From contig CAVYTA010000006.1 in assembly GCA_963771355.1 (NCBI GenBank), forward strand, positions 672,001 through 736,000: a stretch of DNA of 64,000 bases, given 5' to 3'. Of the stretch, positions 50,735 to 61,423 are shown one piece after another; the first letter of the stretch is position 1, and each line of letters begins with the position of its first letter. The notes under the pieces were generated by a model. It made no database searches. It was not told where the DNA came from and saw nothing but the letters and a program-made list of their open reading frames with translations. The translations under genes and the position numbers were made by a program. The stretch comes from an uncultured Candidatus Rokubacteria bacterium. GTDB taxonomy: Bacteria > Methylomirabilota > Methylomirabilia > Rokubacteriales > CSP1-6.

Positions 50735-51919
50735 TCAGCCCCGGATCCCGTAGAGCGGGAGGTAGCGGCCGACCACCTGCTTCCAACCCCGCTCCGCGAT
50801 CACGAATCGGCGCGCTTCCAGACTAAGGCGCGCCCGCGTGACGGGATCGGCGCCGAGCCGGGCGGCGCCTGCCACCAGCGATTCGCGTGAGTCCGCGGGA
50901 AAGAGCAGCCCGGTGACGTCGTGTTGGATGAGCTCGGCCTGACCGCCGACATCGCTCGCGAGGACGGGACACCCCATGGCCATGGCCTCGAGCGGCTTGA
51001 GCGGCGTGACGAGATCGGTGAGCCGCATCCGGCGCCGGGGACAGACGAAGATGTCGATGAGGGAGTAGTAGTCCTTGACCTCGGAGTAGGGCACCCGGCC
51101 CGCAAAGACCACCGCGTCACCCGTGGCCGCGGCGAGGGCCCGGAGCTCCGCGTCTTCCTCACCGCCACCGACCAGCAGCACCCGAGCTCCGGGCAACCGC
51201 TGGCGCAGGGCGGGCACGGCTTCCACGAGGAGGCGAAGACCCTCGTAGTGATAGAACGACCCGATGAAGCCCAGCACGGGCGCACCGTTGAGACCGAGCT
51301 TCCGTGCCAGCGCCTCGTTGCGCGGCACCGGGGTGAACTCGGCCGCGTCCACGCCGTTGGGAACGACCGTGATCCGCTCGGGAGGCACGCCCCGGCGGAC
51401 GATCTCGTCGCGCATGGCGTCCGCGATCACGACGACCCGGTCGGCGTGCCGGAACAGCCAGGTCTCGATCCTGCGGCTCAAGCGGTATCGAAAGGACCCT
51501 TCGCGCGTGGTGCCATGGTCGACCGCCGCGTCCTCCCAGAACGCGCGGGCCTCGTAGACGACGGGCAGCCCCAGGCGGCGTCCGGCCCACAGCGCGGGAA
51601 GCCCGTTGAGCAGGGGAGAATGGGCGTGGAGCACTTGGGCGCCTTCGGCCCGCGCCACCTCCCGGATCCGGCGCACCAGCGCCGCCATCAAGCTCAGCTC
51701 GCGAAGGTAGGGGACATTCGCCCCCCGGCCCGGCCGGGTCCGGTAGTGTGCGATCCCCTCGAGCATCTCCCGCTCGGGCCCCGGCACGGGATGCTTGGGC
51801 GAGGTGACCACGACGGGGTGCAGTCCCGCCTCGCGCTGGAAGACGAGGATGTTCCGGCTGCGCGTGCTGTAACCGCTCATCGCCGGAAGAGAATGGTCGA
51901 GCACGTGCAGCACGATCAT
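50735..51919 (-). CDS. Exosortase-system-associated GT4 glycosyltransferase
   Basis: LHVLDHSLP..SGY..RS, HAHSP.LN, YEARAFWEDAAVDHG and LTDLVTPLKPLEAMA. Confidence 0.9.
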   Translation of the reverse strand: MIVLHVLDHSLPAMSGYSTRSRNILVFQREAGLHPVVVTSPKHPVPGPEREMLEGIAHYRTRPGRGANVPYLRELSLMAALVRRIREVARAEGAQVLHAHSPLLNGLPALWAGRRLGLPVVYEARAFWEDAAVDHGTTREGSFRYRLSRRIETWLFRHADRVVVIADAMRDEIVRRGVPPERITVVPNGVDAAEFTPVPRNEALARKLGLNGAPVLGFIGSFYHYEGLRLLVEAVPALRQRLPGARVLLVGGGEEDAELRALAAATGDAVVFAGRVPYSEVKDYYSLIDIFVCPRRRMRLTDLVTPLKPLEAMAMGCPVLASDVGGQAELIQHDVTGLLFPADSRESLVAGAARLGADPVTRARLSLEARRFVIAERGWKQVVGRYLPLYGIRG

Positions 51920-52248
51920 AGCGTTGTCACACTCCGTGACGGGCCGGCCGCGCGCAGCACGGGCCGAGCGGTGAGCAGATGGGCAAACGCGGTCAGATGG
52001 GCGAGCTCGCCAGCGCTTCGCTCACGCCCGTGCTCGATGTCCTCCAGCTTAGATTGTAAGTGATCGGCGGCGGCCAGACCAACCTTCGCGAGGACCCCTC
52101 CTGGGGGAACGAGGAAGGCGACGCTCACCCCCGGATCGTCGACGAAGTGATGGATGCCGTCGGCGGCCGAAGCGCCGAGATGATGGACGATCGTGTCCCG
52201 CGTGAGGTGGCGGGCGGCGCTTCCGAGGGCTGCGACGAGGCCGTGCAT
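51916..52248 (-). CDS. 110-aa internally deleted paralog of the upstream AsnB-like gene
   Basis: N-terminus MHGLVAALGSAARHLTRDT and C-terminus LQSKLEDIEHGRERSAGELAHL match both ends of 52252-54120. Confidence 0.65.
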   Translation of the reverse strand: MHGLVAALGSAARHLTRDTIVHHLGASAADGIHHFVDDPGVSVAFLVPPGGVLAKVGLAAADHLQSKLEDIEHGRERSAGELAHLTAFAHLLTARPVLRAAGPSRSVTTL

Positions 52249-52251
52249 GAG

Positions 52252-54120
52252 TCAGCGCGCCATGGTCCGCGTCTCGAGCAGGGGGGCGAGACCGGCCAGG
52301 TGCACGAGCTCGCCCACCCCGCGCGCACGGCCCTGCGCGACGTCGTCCATCCTCGATTGGAGTGGCTCGCGCTCCGCAAAGCCAAGCGCGCCGAGGAGCT
52401 CGACCGCCCGCGCACGCAGCGCCGCGCTCCCTCGGAGCCACTCGTCCCATTCGTCGAAGTCCGCGGTGGGGCCCGCGAGGACGGGCGCCATGAAGGGGAG
52501 GGAGAGACCCCGCTTCCGGAGCCGCGGCGCCCAGTGATGCAGCAAGGCCGGGCGCTTCAGCGGCAGCAGGGAGGCCGCATAAGGAAGCGCGGCGAACTCC
52601 GGGTAGCGGCGGCGGAGGAGCCGGATCTGGAGCTTGCGAAAGGCCGTCTCGGCCGGCCGCAGGCGGTACAGCGCTTCGAGCAGGGGCCAGTCGGCGATCA
52701 ACGGGAGATCCACCCGAAGGAAGCGTCGGCAGGCGACGGCCTGCTGGGCGATGTAGTTCCAGTTCCGGTTGGCCACCCGGAACTCCCGGAGCAGCACCGA
52801 CACCGATTCGTGCCAGGGCGCGAGCCGTCGGATCTCGCTCCAGACGTCCTGGCGGATATCGTCCTTTGCCGCCGCCAGGCGGGCCGCCACCGACGGGGCG
52901 AGGTGGCGCATCGCCCACTCGTCGGCGGCCGGGTCGAACACCTCGGTCCACATCGCCTCCACGAGCGCGTCCAGGCCGACCCGGGCGACCGAGTGATCCA
53001 CGAAGAGATCGAGCTTCTCGGCATATCGGGCCCGCCGCGAGAACATTGCCTGGAACTTGTAGTAGCTCCCGCCGAAGTATGTATCGCCGAGACAGCCGTC
53101 GAGGACCGCGTCGAAGCCGTCCTCGCTGACCCGCCGCGCGGCCAGGTAACGGTTCGGAAACACCGGGACGCCGCCCCAGCGCGCCGCGTCTTCCACGCTC
53201 TCCGCCACCGCGTCCCCCGAGAGCGGAACGTGAGTGAACGTGGCGCCGCGCGCGGTGGCGATGGCGCGGGCGACCGCGACATCCGGGAACCGCTCGGGTC
53301 CATAGCTGTAGCAGTGGAGCGGTACGTCACCGGGCCACGCGGCGAGGATCAAACGAGAGTCCATCCCGCCGCTGAGAAAGTGCGCGGTGCGCCCGCCCAC
53401 GCAGGCCAGGCGGCGGCAGGCGGCCTCGAGACGATCGCCCAGGTCGTCCAGATCGGCGGGACCCGGCGCGGGCGTGATGACGGTGGGATCGAGACGGGTG
53501 ACGCGGGTCTCCAGGCGTCCCGCGCGCGCGTCCCAGCGCAGGACCGACGCGCCGCGGAGCCGGCGGGCGCCCGCCACGACGTAGCGATCGCCGACGGTGT
53601 AGCCGGTGTAGAGAATCTCCGCGCAGGCCGTCCAGTCCGGCGCGGGGGCGGAGGGGCGGCCGAGGCCCAGCAGCCCGGGAATGGTGGTGACCACCCCCCC
53701 GTCCGGCCCCGGCAGATAGTAGAGCGGGATGGAGCCGAGGCGATCGTTGGCGACGACGAGCTCGCCCCGCGCCACGTCGAGGACCGCCAGGTTGAAGCTG
53801 CCGGCGATGACCGCGCTCAGCGCCGCGTCCAGGCCCTGCTGGGCGATGAGGTGAAGGAGCCGCTCCGGATGGCCCGCCGCCGGCGCCCGATCATCCAGCA
53901 GCAGGTAGCCTCCCACCGCGAGCCCGCGGGTCCCCCCCGGTCCCCACAGCACGGCCGGCGCCGCGCCCGGTATGGGCGGCGTGAGGACGGCGACGCGCAT
54001 GGCATCGTCACCCGCGAGCAGATGCACCTGGTCCGCGGCCAGCCCATCGAGCGACGCGACGAGCGTTTCTCGCGTCAGATCGCGCGCGGCGCGGCCGAAA
54101 GCGGCGATGAGCCCGTGCAT
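52252..54120 (-). CDS. Asparagine-synthetase-related amidotransferase lacking the N-terminal Cys
   Basis: GSFNLA, NDRLGSIPLYY, LSGGMDSR, SYG....DV..A and LDGCLGD. Confidence 0.82.
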   Translation of the reverse strand: MHGLIAAFGRAARDLTRETLVASLDGLAADQVHLLAGDDAMRVAVLTPPIPGAAPAVLWGPGGTRGLAVGGYLLLDDRAPAAGHPERLLHLIAQQGLDAALSAVIAGSFNLAVLDVARGELVVANDRLGSIPLYYLPGPDGGVVTTIPGLLGLGRPSAPAPDWTACAEILYTGYTVGDRYVVAGARRLRGASVLRWDARAGRLETRVTRLDPTVITPAPGPADLDDLGDRLEAACRRLACVGGRTAHFLSGGMDSRLILAAWPGDVPLHCYSYGPERFPDVAVARAIATARGATFTHVPLSGDAVAESVEDAARWGGVPVFPNRYLAARRVSEDGFDAVLDGCLGDTYFGGSYYKFQAMFSRRARYAEKLDLFVDHSVARVGLDALVEAMWTEVFDPAADEWAMRHLAPSVAARLAAAKDDIRQDVWSEIRRLAPWHESVSVLLREFRVANRNWNYIAQQAVACRRFLRVDLPLIADWPLLEALYRLRPAETAFRKLQIRLLRRRYPEFAALPYAASLLPLKRPALLHHWAPRLRKRGLSLPFMAPVLAGPTADFDEWDEWLRGSAALRARAVELLGALGFAEREPLQSRMDDVAQGRARGVGELVHLAGLAPLLETRTMAR

Positions 54121-54125
54121 GGCGG

Positions 54126-54878
54126 TCAGCGGCTCCCGCCGGACGCGCGGCGGCGGGCGGCGAAGAGGAATCCGTGCGCGGCCAGCCCGGCCAGCCAGGG
54201 ATGGCGGTCGAAGGCCGCTCCGCCGCGGTCGCCTCCGAGCAGCCGGTCGAGGGCCGGCATGCCTCGCGGAGGCAAGTAGATGCCGTCGCGCTCCAAGAGG
54301 TCCAGGCCGTGACGGTCGAGCCACCCGGCGACCTCGGCGGGATTCCAGGCCAGCACGCGCGGCGGAAGCCGCCGCATCGTCTCGGCGAGCTTCCGGCCTC
54401 TCGCGATGAGGGCACCCCGGTTCAGGGCCTCGATTACCAGCGCCCCGCCCGGTCGCAGCACGCGTGCGATCTCGTCGAGCACCCGCTCGGGCTCGACGAG
54501 CGCCTGAAGCACGCCGATGGAGACGACAAGATCGAAGGTCCCGTTGCGAAAGGGCAGGCCGTACGCCTCACCGGCCAGATAGCCGCCCTTGGGTCCCGGG
54601 TCGGCGGCGCGGGCCCGCTCCAGGCTCGGCACGGAATAGTCCAGCCCCACTGTTCGGTGGCCGAGGCCCGCCAGGAGGCGAACATAGGTCCCGCCGCCGC
54701 AGCCGAGGTCCAGCGCCCGCGGGCTCGCGGGTAGCCCGAGGGTGGACAGGATGCGGCTGAAGACGGCAACGCGGCGGCGGAGGCCGAGCTGAGACCAGCC
54801 GGAAATGGCCGCCTCGTCCGTATGGGTACGCGCGAAGCGCTCGAACCGTGCGCGCCACTCGGCCTCGAACCGGCTCAT
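54126..54878 (-). CDS. Class I SAM-dependent methyltransferase
   Basis: ALDLGCGGG, GLDYS, LPF..GTFDLV and RVLRPGG. Confidence 0.9.
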   Translation of the reverse strand: MSRFEAEWRARFERFARTHTDEAAISGWSQLGLRRRVAVFSRILSTLGLPASPRALDLGCGGGTYVRLLAGLGHRTVGLDYSVPSLERARAADPGPKGGYLAGEAYGLPFRNGTFDLVVSIGVLQALVEPERVLDEIARVLRPGGALVIEALNRGALIARGRKLAETMRRLPPRVLAWNPAEVAGWLDRHGLDLLERDGIYLPPRGMPALDRLLGGDRGGAAFDRHPWLAGLAAHGFLFAARRRASGGSR

Positions 54879-56791
54879 GGCGCGAGGGCACCCTCGGCCG
54901 CCGGCGGGTCCACGAAGGTGCGGTGCCAGAGCTCGAGCACCATGAGGGCCCAGAGCTGGGAGGACCGGTCGCGAAGGCCGCCCTGGTGGTCCTCCCACAT
55001 CCCGCGCACGCGCTCCGGCCGGACATAGCCGCGCTCGGCCGCGCGACGGGAGAGGAGCAGCTCATGCGCCATGTCCCGCAGCTCGCCTCGCAGCCACGCT
55101 GCCTGCGGGATCTCGAAGCCCTGCTTCCGGCGATGGACCGTGGCCGCGGGCACGCGGCCCTCGAGATGCCGCTTGAGGAGGTACTTGGAGGTGCGGCCGT
55201 GGTACTTGAGGTCCGGCGGGATCGTCGCCGCAAACTCGATCACGTGATGGTCGAGCAGAGGGGCGCGCACCTCGAGGCTCGAGGCCATGCTCATCCGATC
55301 GACCTTGACGAGGATGTCGTTCGCCAGCCAGGTCTTGAGATCCACATAGAGAAGCTGGGTCAGGGGATCGAGATGCGCCACCCGGTCGAAGTGCCGGCGG
55401 AAGCCCTCGAACGAGTCGTGGCCGCCCAGGCTGCGGCACAGCTCCGGCGTGAGCAGCGCCGCCTTCTCGTCGGAGCGGAAGCGCGACAGGTCGGAGAAGT
55501 ACGCGCGCTCGAAGGTGGTGCCCAGGTTCTGCAGGAGATACCGGGCCCGGAGCGGGCGGGGTAGCCAGTCCGCCTTGGGATAGTGCGCGCCGATGGGGCC
55601 CAGGACGCCGGCGCGCACCCAGTCGGGCAGCCAGCGGCGCAGGCGCGCTTCCCAGCGGTTCATCCCGTAGCGGCGCTGATATCCCGCGAAGACCTCGTCG
55701 CCGCCGTCGCCGGACAGCGCCACCGTCACCCGCTCGCGTGCCGCCTTGGAGACGTAGTAGGTGGGCAGCGCGGAGGCATCCGCGAAGGGCTCGTCGAGGT
55801 GCCATACCAGCTTCGGCAGCACGTCGGCAGCCTGCGGGCGCACCATGAGCTCGTGATGATCGCTGCCCACCGCGCGAGCCACCGCGCGCGCGTGATGGGC
55901 CTCGCTGAATTCCCGCTCCTCGAAGGCGACGCTGGTGGTGAGCACCGGGCGGTCGGACAGCCGGGACATCGCCTCGACCACCGCGCTGGAGTCCACGCCC
56001 CCGCTGAGAAAGGCACCCAGCGGCACGTCGCTGATCAGGCGGCCTCGCACCGCCTCGGTGAAGACTTCGTCGAAACGGGCCAGCGCCTCCGCTTCGCCGC
56101 AGGGGCGGGCCGGCTCGTGCGGCACATCCCAGTACTCGGTGACCCGCACACCCCGCCGGTCCCAGACGAGATAGTGGGCGGGGAGGAGCTGCGCGATGCC
56201 CTGGAAGATCGAGCGCGGTGCCGCCACCGAGCCAAACGAGAAATAGTCGTCGAGGGCTTCCAGGTCCACCACCCGCTTGAGCGCGGGGTCCTGGAGCAGG
56301 GCCTTGAGCTCGGACGCGAAGCGGATACCCTCGGCGTCGGCCGCGTAGTACAGCGGCTTCTTGCCCACGCGGTCGCGCGCGAGCACCAGTCGATGGGCAC
56401 TCGCGTCCCAGAGGGCGAAGGCGAACATGCCCCGCAGGCGTGCCACGCAGTCCAGGCCCCACTCCTCGTAGGCATGGACGATGGCCTCGGTATCGGAGCG
56501 CGTCTCGAATCGGTGGCCGTGGGCCTCCAGCTCGGCGCGGAGAGCCTGGAAGTTGTAGATCTCGCCGTTGAGGATCACGGCCTTCGAGCGGTCCTCGTTG
56601 AAGATCGGTTGATCGCCTCCAACGACATCGATGATGCTCAGCCGGCGGTGGCCGAGACCCACCCCGCGCGCTACGTGGAGGCCTCCCGCGTCGGGGCCGC
56701 GATGCCGCATGACGTCGGTCATGCGCCCGAGCAGCGTCCGGTCCACCGGCTGCGCGGGGTCGGCGTAGGCGAGACCAGCGATGCCGCACAT
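54875..56791 (-). CDS. asnB: Asparagine synthase (glutamine-hydrolysing)-like EPS amidotransferase
   Basis: MCGIAG, HRGPD, HRRLSIID, NGEIYN, LSGGVDSS, SGDGGDE and KVDRMSM. Confidence 0.92.
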   Translation of the reverse strand: MCGIAGLAYADPAQPVDRTLLGRMTDVMRHRGPDAGGLHVARGVGLGHRRLSIIDVVGGDQPIFNEDRSKAVILNGEIYNFQALRAELEAHGHRFETRSDTEAIVHAYEEWGLDCVARLRGMFAFALWDASAHRLVLARDRVGKKPLYYAADAEGIRFASELKALLQDPALKRVVDLEALDDYFSFGSVAAPRSIFQGIAQLLPAHYLVWDRRGVRVTEYWDVPHEPARPCGEAEALARFDEVFTEAVRGRLISDVPLGAFLSGGVDSSAVVEAMSRLSDRPVLTTSVAFEEREFSEAHHARAVARAVGSDHHELMVRPQAADVLPKLVWHLDEPFADASALPTYYVSKAARERVTVALSGDGGDEVFAGYQRRYGMNRWEARLRRWLPDWVRAGVLGPIGAHYPKADWLPRPLRARYLLQNLGTTFERAYFSDLSRFRSDEKAALLTPELCRSLGGHDSFEGFRRHFDRVAHLDPLTQLLYVDLKTWLANDILVKVDRMSMASSLEVRAPLLDHHVIEFAATIPPDLKYHGRTSKYLLKRHLEGRVPAATVHRRKQGFEIPQAAWLRGELRDMAHELLLSRRAAERGYVRPERVRGMWEDHQGGLRDRSSQLWALMVLELWHRTFVDPPAAEGALAP

Positions 56792-56803
56792 GGTGCCCTC
56801 TCC

Positions 56804-59800
56804 TCAGCGAGCCTGCGCCGCGGGGACGTCCCGCCGCGCGACCTCGGTGGCCAGCCTGGCGCGAGGCGGAGGCGCCGCGCTGGGCGTATCGCCGGCGAGC
56901 CGGTAGAGCCAGATGGTGGTGGGGCCGCCGCAGGAGACCCCCGAGACCCCGCAGTAGATGTTCTTGACCTCCACGTAGAGGAAGGCATTGTGGCGCGGCT
57001 CGTAGACGAAGGAATGGCGCGCGCGCCCGGGGATGCTCGGGCGGACGTCGGCGGGCGGGAGCTGTTCCCAGACGTCGCCGTCGGGATCCCAGGTCCAGGT
57101 ATGCGCCGGCCGCGCCGGCCGTTCGCCGGTGGCCTCGCGGGGGGAGGAGAGGAAGACGAGACGGTTGTTCCGCGAATCGTAATCCCAGTTCGCCCCCGCG
57201 GTGGGAATGCTCCCCGCGGGGGCGGCGGGATCGTCCGTCTTGCCGAAGGAGGCGATCTCCTTCCAGTCGCTCGTGTCGAGGTTCAGCCGCCAGAGCTTGG
57301 GACCGCCCCCGCCCGGCACCACCGGGGAGAGCAGCACGATGGCCTCGCGCCGCCGCGGTACCGCGGCGGTGGAGACGTACTTGGTGGCGAACGTGTATCC
57401 GTCCACGCTGGGGAATGCCGCCGCGTAGCTCCAGCGATCGGTCTTCAGGTCGAAGTGGTAGACGCCTCGGCGGGCATTGTTCTCGGTGTTGCTGGCGATG
57501 GCCACCATCCGCTCGTGGGCGGGATCGTAGACCATCGAGCCCGTACTGCCCCAGGTGGGTCCGGTATCGCGGTCCCGCCGGACCAGCAGCTTCCACTCGC
57601 TCCGGGCGACGTCGAAGGCCCACGTGCCCTCCCCCCCATGAAGATGAACCGCTTGCGAGGAGGGTCATACGTGGTGTTCTGGTAGGTGTGATGAACCCAC
57701 GGCCGCCCCTGCGGGCTCACTCCCCGGGTGGCGACGCCGCCGCCGCGAACCTGGCGGTGGGTGGGAGTGCCGGGCTCGGGGCACTCGGGGGCATAGGGAA
57801 TGGTCCATCGGTTGCCCTCGAACGAATACACGTCCACGTCATTGCCCGGATGCCCCGCGTGACCCCCACCGAACGACAGGACTATTCCCTCCCCGACCGC
57901 GAGACCGGAGAAGCTCCGAAAGATCGGGTTGCCGTCCGTGATGGTACGGCCACAGTCCGAGCTCTCCTTCTGATTCGAGAGCACGGACTGATACACCGTG
58001 CGCGGCGGTGACGTGAGCTGGCGCCACTGATTGCTCCCCAGGCCGCGCAGGTGCGCCGGCTCGGCAGGCGCTCCCTGGGCGATCACGCGAAGCGGAGGCC
58101 GTCCTTCCTCGAACGCGACCGGGATGACGGCGGTCGGGGTGGGGCGGGGCCCGGCGGGAGTCCGGAGCGCCGCGGGCTTGTCGAGCGGCGGCAGGGTCAC
58201 GCGCGCGGCGTCCCAGAAGAGCAGGTGGACGAACTGCAGCTCGCCGTTCATGCGGAAGAAGACCGGGTGGTTACCGCAGCAGTTGAAGTGCGCGTTGGCG
58301 AAGTGACCGACCACGCCGTCGCCGGCGGCCCGGAAGTTCGCCGGCTTTCGGTACTGGGCCTTGCTCCCGCGGTCCCAGAAGTAGCGGGCGCGGTTGAGGA
58401 AGGCCGGGTCGCCGGTGAGCCGGTAGCCGCGCACGAGCGTGTCCACCCAGGCGAAGGTGTGGTAGGGATTCATGACCGGCTCGACGTCGTCGCTTCCAGT
58501 CCTGGTACTGGATGGAGCCCGGCTGCGGCAGATCGAGCGACAGCGACTTGGCCGACTGTTGCCATTTCGGATGCAGCGCGTGGTCGCGCACGAACTCCGA
58601 CATGCGGATGAGACGCCGCTTCACCTCGGGGTTGCCGATACGCTCGTCGTAGCGGGCGAAGGCGGTGTGCAGCTCGCCGTTGTGGTGTGGGCTCACGTAC
58701 CAGCCGCCGGCCTGGCGCGGATAGGCGTAAGTGCCCCACTTCTCCTGCCAGTAGCTGGTGGCCAGCATCATCTCCATGATGTGGTCCGCCAGCTTCTTCC
58801 AGCGCGGGTCGTCGGTGGCGTCGTAGAGACGTACCGCGAAATGCAGGTTGCGCGCCACCGCGCGGGTCCCGTAAAGGGGGTGATACTCCTTCCGCCACAT
58901 CCAGAGCTGCTCGACGTTTTCCCCGAGGTCGATGGCGGCCTCCAGGGCGTCGAGGTCCCCGGTCAGGTCGTAGTAATCGAGGAGACCCCAGCCCCAGAGG
59001 TGATCCCCCGCCCACGTGTGGGTGTCGGTCTTGCCGTCGGCCGCCTCTTTCAGATAGGCGCGGTCGTAGGGCGTGAGGTCGATGGGGGCGTCCGGCCGGG
59101 CCACCGGCGGGCGCTCGCCATTGCCGTCCCAAGCATAGGTGAAGCCGTCGGTGCGGAAGACCATCTCCCACTTGTAGTAGTTGGCCCAGCCACGCGCGCG
59201 GTCGAGGAAGCCGCGAATCCCCGAGCGCAGGTACATGATCGCGTTCGACCACAGGTCGTCGGCCTCGGAGTCATGGTGGATGGACACGCGGGTCATGTTG
59301 ACCGCGTAGTCGGGCTGATGCGGGTAGTTGGGCTCCTGCTTGGCGCTCCACTTCCAGCCCAGGCGGCGGTAGGTCTCCCGCTCGTCCTCGAGGGACCCGA
59401 AGTGGCGCGTGCTCAGCTCCCCGTGCTGCGCATACCAGGCGGACTCGGCGACGGCGAAGAGCGGGCTCTGGGGCGCGCGGCTCTCCTTGGCAGGGTCGTA
59501 GAGCAGGGTGGCGCTGTAGTGGGTGAGGTCGGGAAGGACGTAGCCGCCGTTCTCCGCCACGCTCACGGCCTGCTTCTTCTTGCGGTCGCGCATGCCCGCC
59601 TGCTGCTCGGGGATGAGCTCGAAGGTCACCCCGGCGCCTCCCGCCACACTGACCGAGCCCAGGTACTGTGCCTGCGCCCGGGTCTCCCCGGTGCCGAGCA
59701 CCACCGTGGCCGAGGTGAGCTTGAGGTGGCGCCGCTCGGCCTGGAGGGAATTGCGGAGGATGTGCTCGACGCGCACGTACTTCTTGTTCGCGTAGAACGT

Positions 59801-60301
59801 GTATCGGGTGCTGAATCCGAAGCTCTTGACCTCTCCATAGTGCCCGTCCACCCGGAGTACCGCGCGCAGCGGCCCCCGATACTCCCAGGTCTCCTTGTCG
59901 GGCACGCCCTCGATCGGCGCGGCGGAGCCGGCCAGCGTCACGAACCGCTTGGTGGCAGGCGCGGTGGGCGCCAGCGGGGGCAGCGAGACCTGGGGCTCCT
60001 GCTCCTTGAGCGTGAGGGTCTTCGTTTGACCCGAGCCCACATCCACCTGGAAGTCGAGGAGGATCCAGGGAACACGGCCGCGAAGCGGCGTGACCTGCAG
60101 GGGAATCTCCTTGTTGCCGTCGAAGAGCGCCCAGCGCGTGCTGGTCGTGCCGGCGGGCAGGGGGACGCCGCTGGTCACCGGCTCGGCGGTGCGGCCGGTA
60201 CCCGCCGGCTCCTGGACGGACATGGGTATGCTGATGGCGGCCGCGGCCGGAGACGACAGGAGGCCGCCGAGGGCCAAGGCCAGGAACGCGCGAATCAGCA
60301 T
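56804..60301 (-). CDS. Large secreted protein: PcRGLX/YetA-like lyase-type region plus C-terminal beta-propeller (two frameshifts)
   Basis: Signal peptide, EPVTSGVPLP, GPLRA, HLWGWGLLDYY.LTGD and YRLTGDP..L..A; then FGGGH.G.PGNDV and YDP/W repeats across three ORFs. Confidence 0.6.
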
Positions 60302-61416
60302 CGGCGCGGCCTCCCGGCCGCCGCCTCGACGTAGAGCCGACGATAGCCCTCGACCATCCGGTCGAGCCCGAACACCTCGACCGCCCGCTGGCGGCCCGCC
60401 TTGCCGTGCAGGGCCCGCAGGTGAGGGTCGCCGACATACGCGGCGAGGGCATGCGCCAGCGCGGCCGAGTCGCCCACCGGGACGAGGCTGCCGGTCACCG
60501 CCTCCTCCACCAGCTCGCCATTACCGCCGACGCGGGTCGCGACGACGGGCAGCCCACTGGCCATCGCCTCGAGAATGGTGTTCGAGATGCCCTCGTTGAG
60601 CGAGGGCAGGGTGAACACGTCGAGCCCCCGCAGGAGCAGCGCCACGTCGCCGCGCCGGCCCGCGAAGTGCACCCGACCCGCCAGATCGGGCCGGGCCGCA
60701 CGCTCCCGCAGGTGATTCGCCGAGGGCCCGTCGCCGATGAGCACCAGCGCGAGGTCACGCGGGCCGCCCTCGAGCCGGGCGAACGCCTCGAGGAGCGTCC
60801 CCTGATCCTTCACGGGATTCAACCGGCCCACGGTTCCGATCACGACGCGGTCGTCCGGGATGCCGAGCATCTTGCGGGCCTCGCTCCGGGATGAGTCCGC
60901 GAACCGCCCCGCGTCCACGCCGTTGACGATGGTCACGATCTTGGCGGGAGGGATCCCCACCGTCGTCGTGAGCCAGCGCTCCAGGTCCCGCGAGACCGTG
61001 GTGAACCGCCACACCAGCGGCGAGAAGAGACGGCGGAGGCGATTGCGGCGCCGGCTGGTCCCGCGCGGGTCACTGGCCTCCCAGCCGTGCTCGCCGTGGA
61101 TCAGCACCGGCACCCGGGCCAGCCGGGCCGCCGGCACGGCGTCGAGGGCACCCCAGTTCCGGGAATGCACGATGTCGGGCCGCAGGCGTCGCAGCACGCG
61201 AGTGAGCCGGACGGTGGCGCCGAGATCGAGTCCCGGCCGCTTGCCCAGAGGGTGAACGTCCACCGCGCCCCCGAGCCGGTCGGCCAGGACGCCGCGAGTC
61301 GTCATGGAGACGATGGTGTGACGGAACTCGCCGCCCAGCGCGTTGATGAGGTTGACCACGCCGTTCTCGGTCCCGCCGACCCCGAGGGAGTGGAGGACAT
61401 GGACGATGTGGATCAC
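60295..61416 (-). CDS. GT4 sugar transferase, PEP-CTERM/EpsH-associated type
   Basis: GGTENGVVNLIN, PDIVHSRN, IHGEHG, VGRLNPVKDQ and EGISNTILEAMASGLPV. Confidence 0.9.
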   Translation of the reverse strand: MIHIVHVLHSLGVGGTENGVVNLINALGGEFRHTIVSMTTRGVLADRLGGAVDVHPLGKRPGLDLGATVRLTRVLRRLRPDIVHSRNWGALDAVPAARLARVPVLIHGEHGWEASDPRGTSRRRNRLRRLFSPLVWRFTTVSRDLERWLTTTVGIPPAKIVTIVNGVDAGRFADSSRSEARKMLGIPDDRVVIGTVGRLNPVKDQGTLLEAFARLEGGPRDLALVLIGDGPSANHLRERAARPDLAGRVHFAGRRGDVALLLRGLDVFTLPSLNEGISNTILEAMASGLPVVATRVGGNGELVEEAVTGSLVPVGDSAALAHALAAYVGDPHLRALHGKAGRQRAVEVFGLDRMVEGYRRLYVEAAAGRPRRC

Positions 61417-61423
61417 GAGCGCC

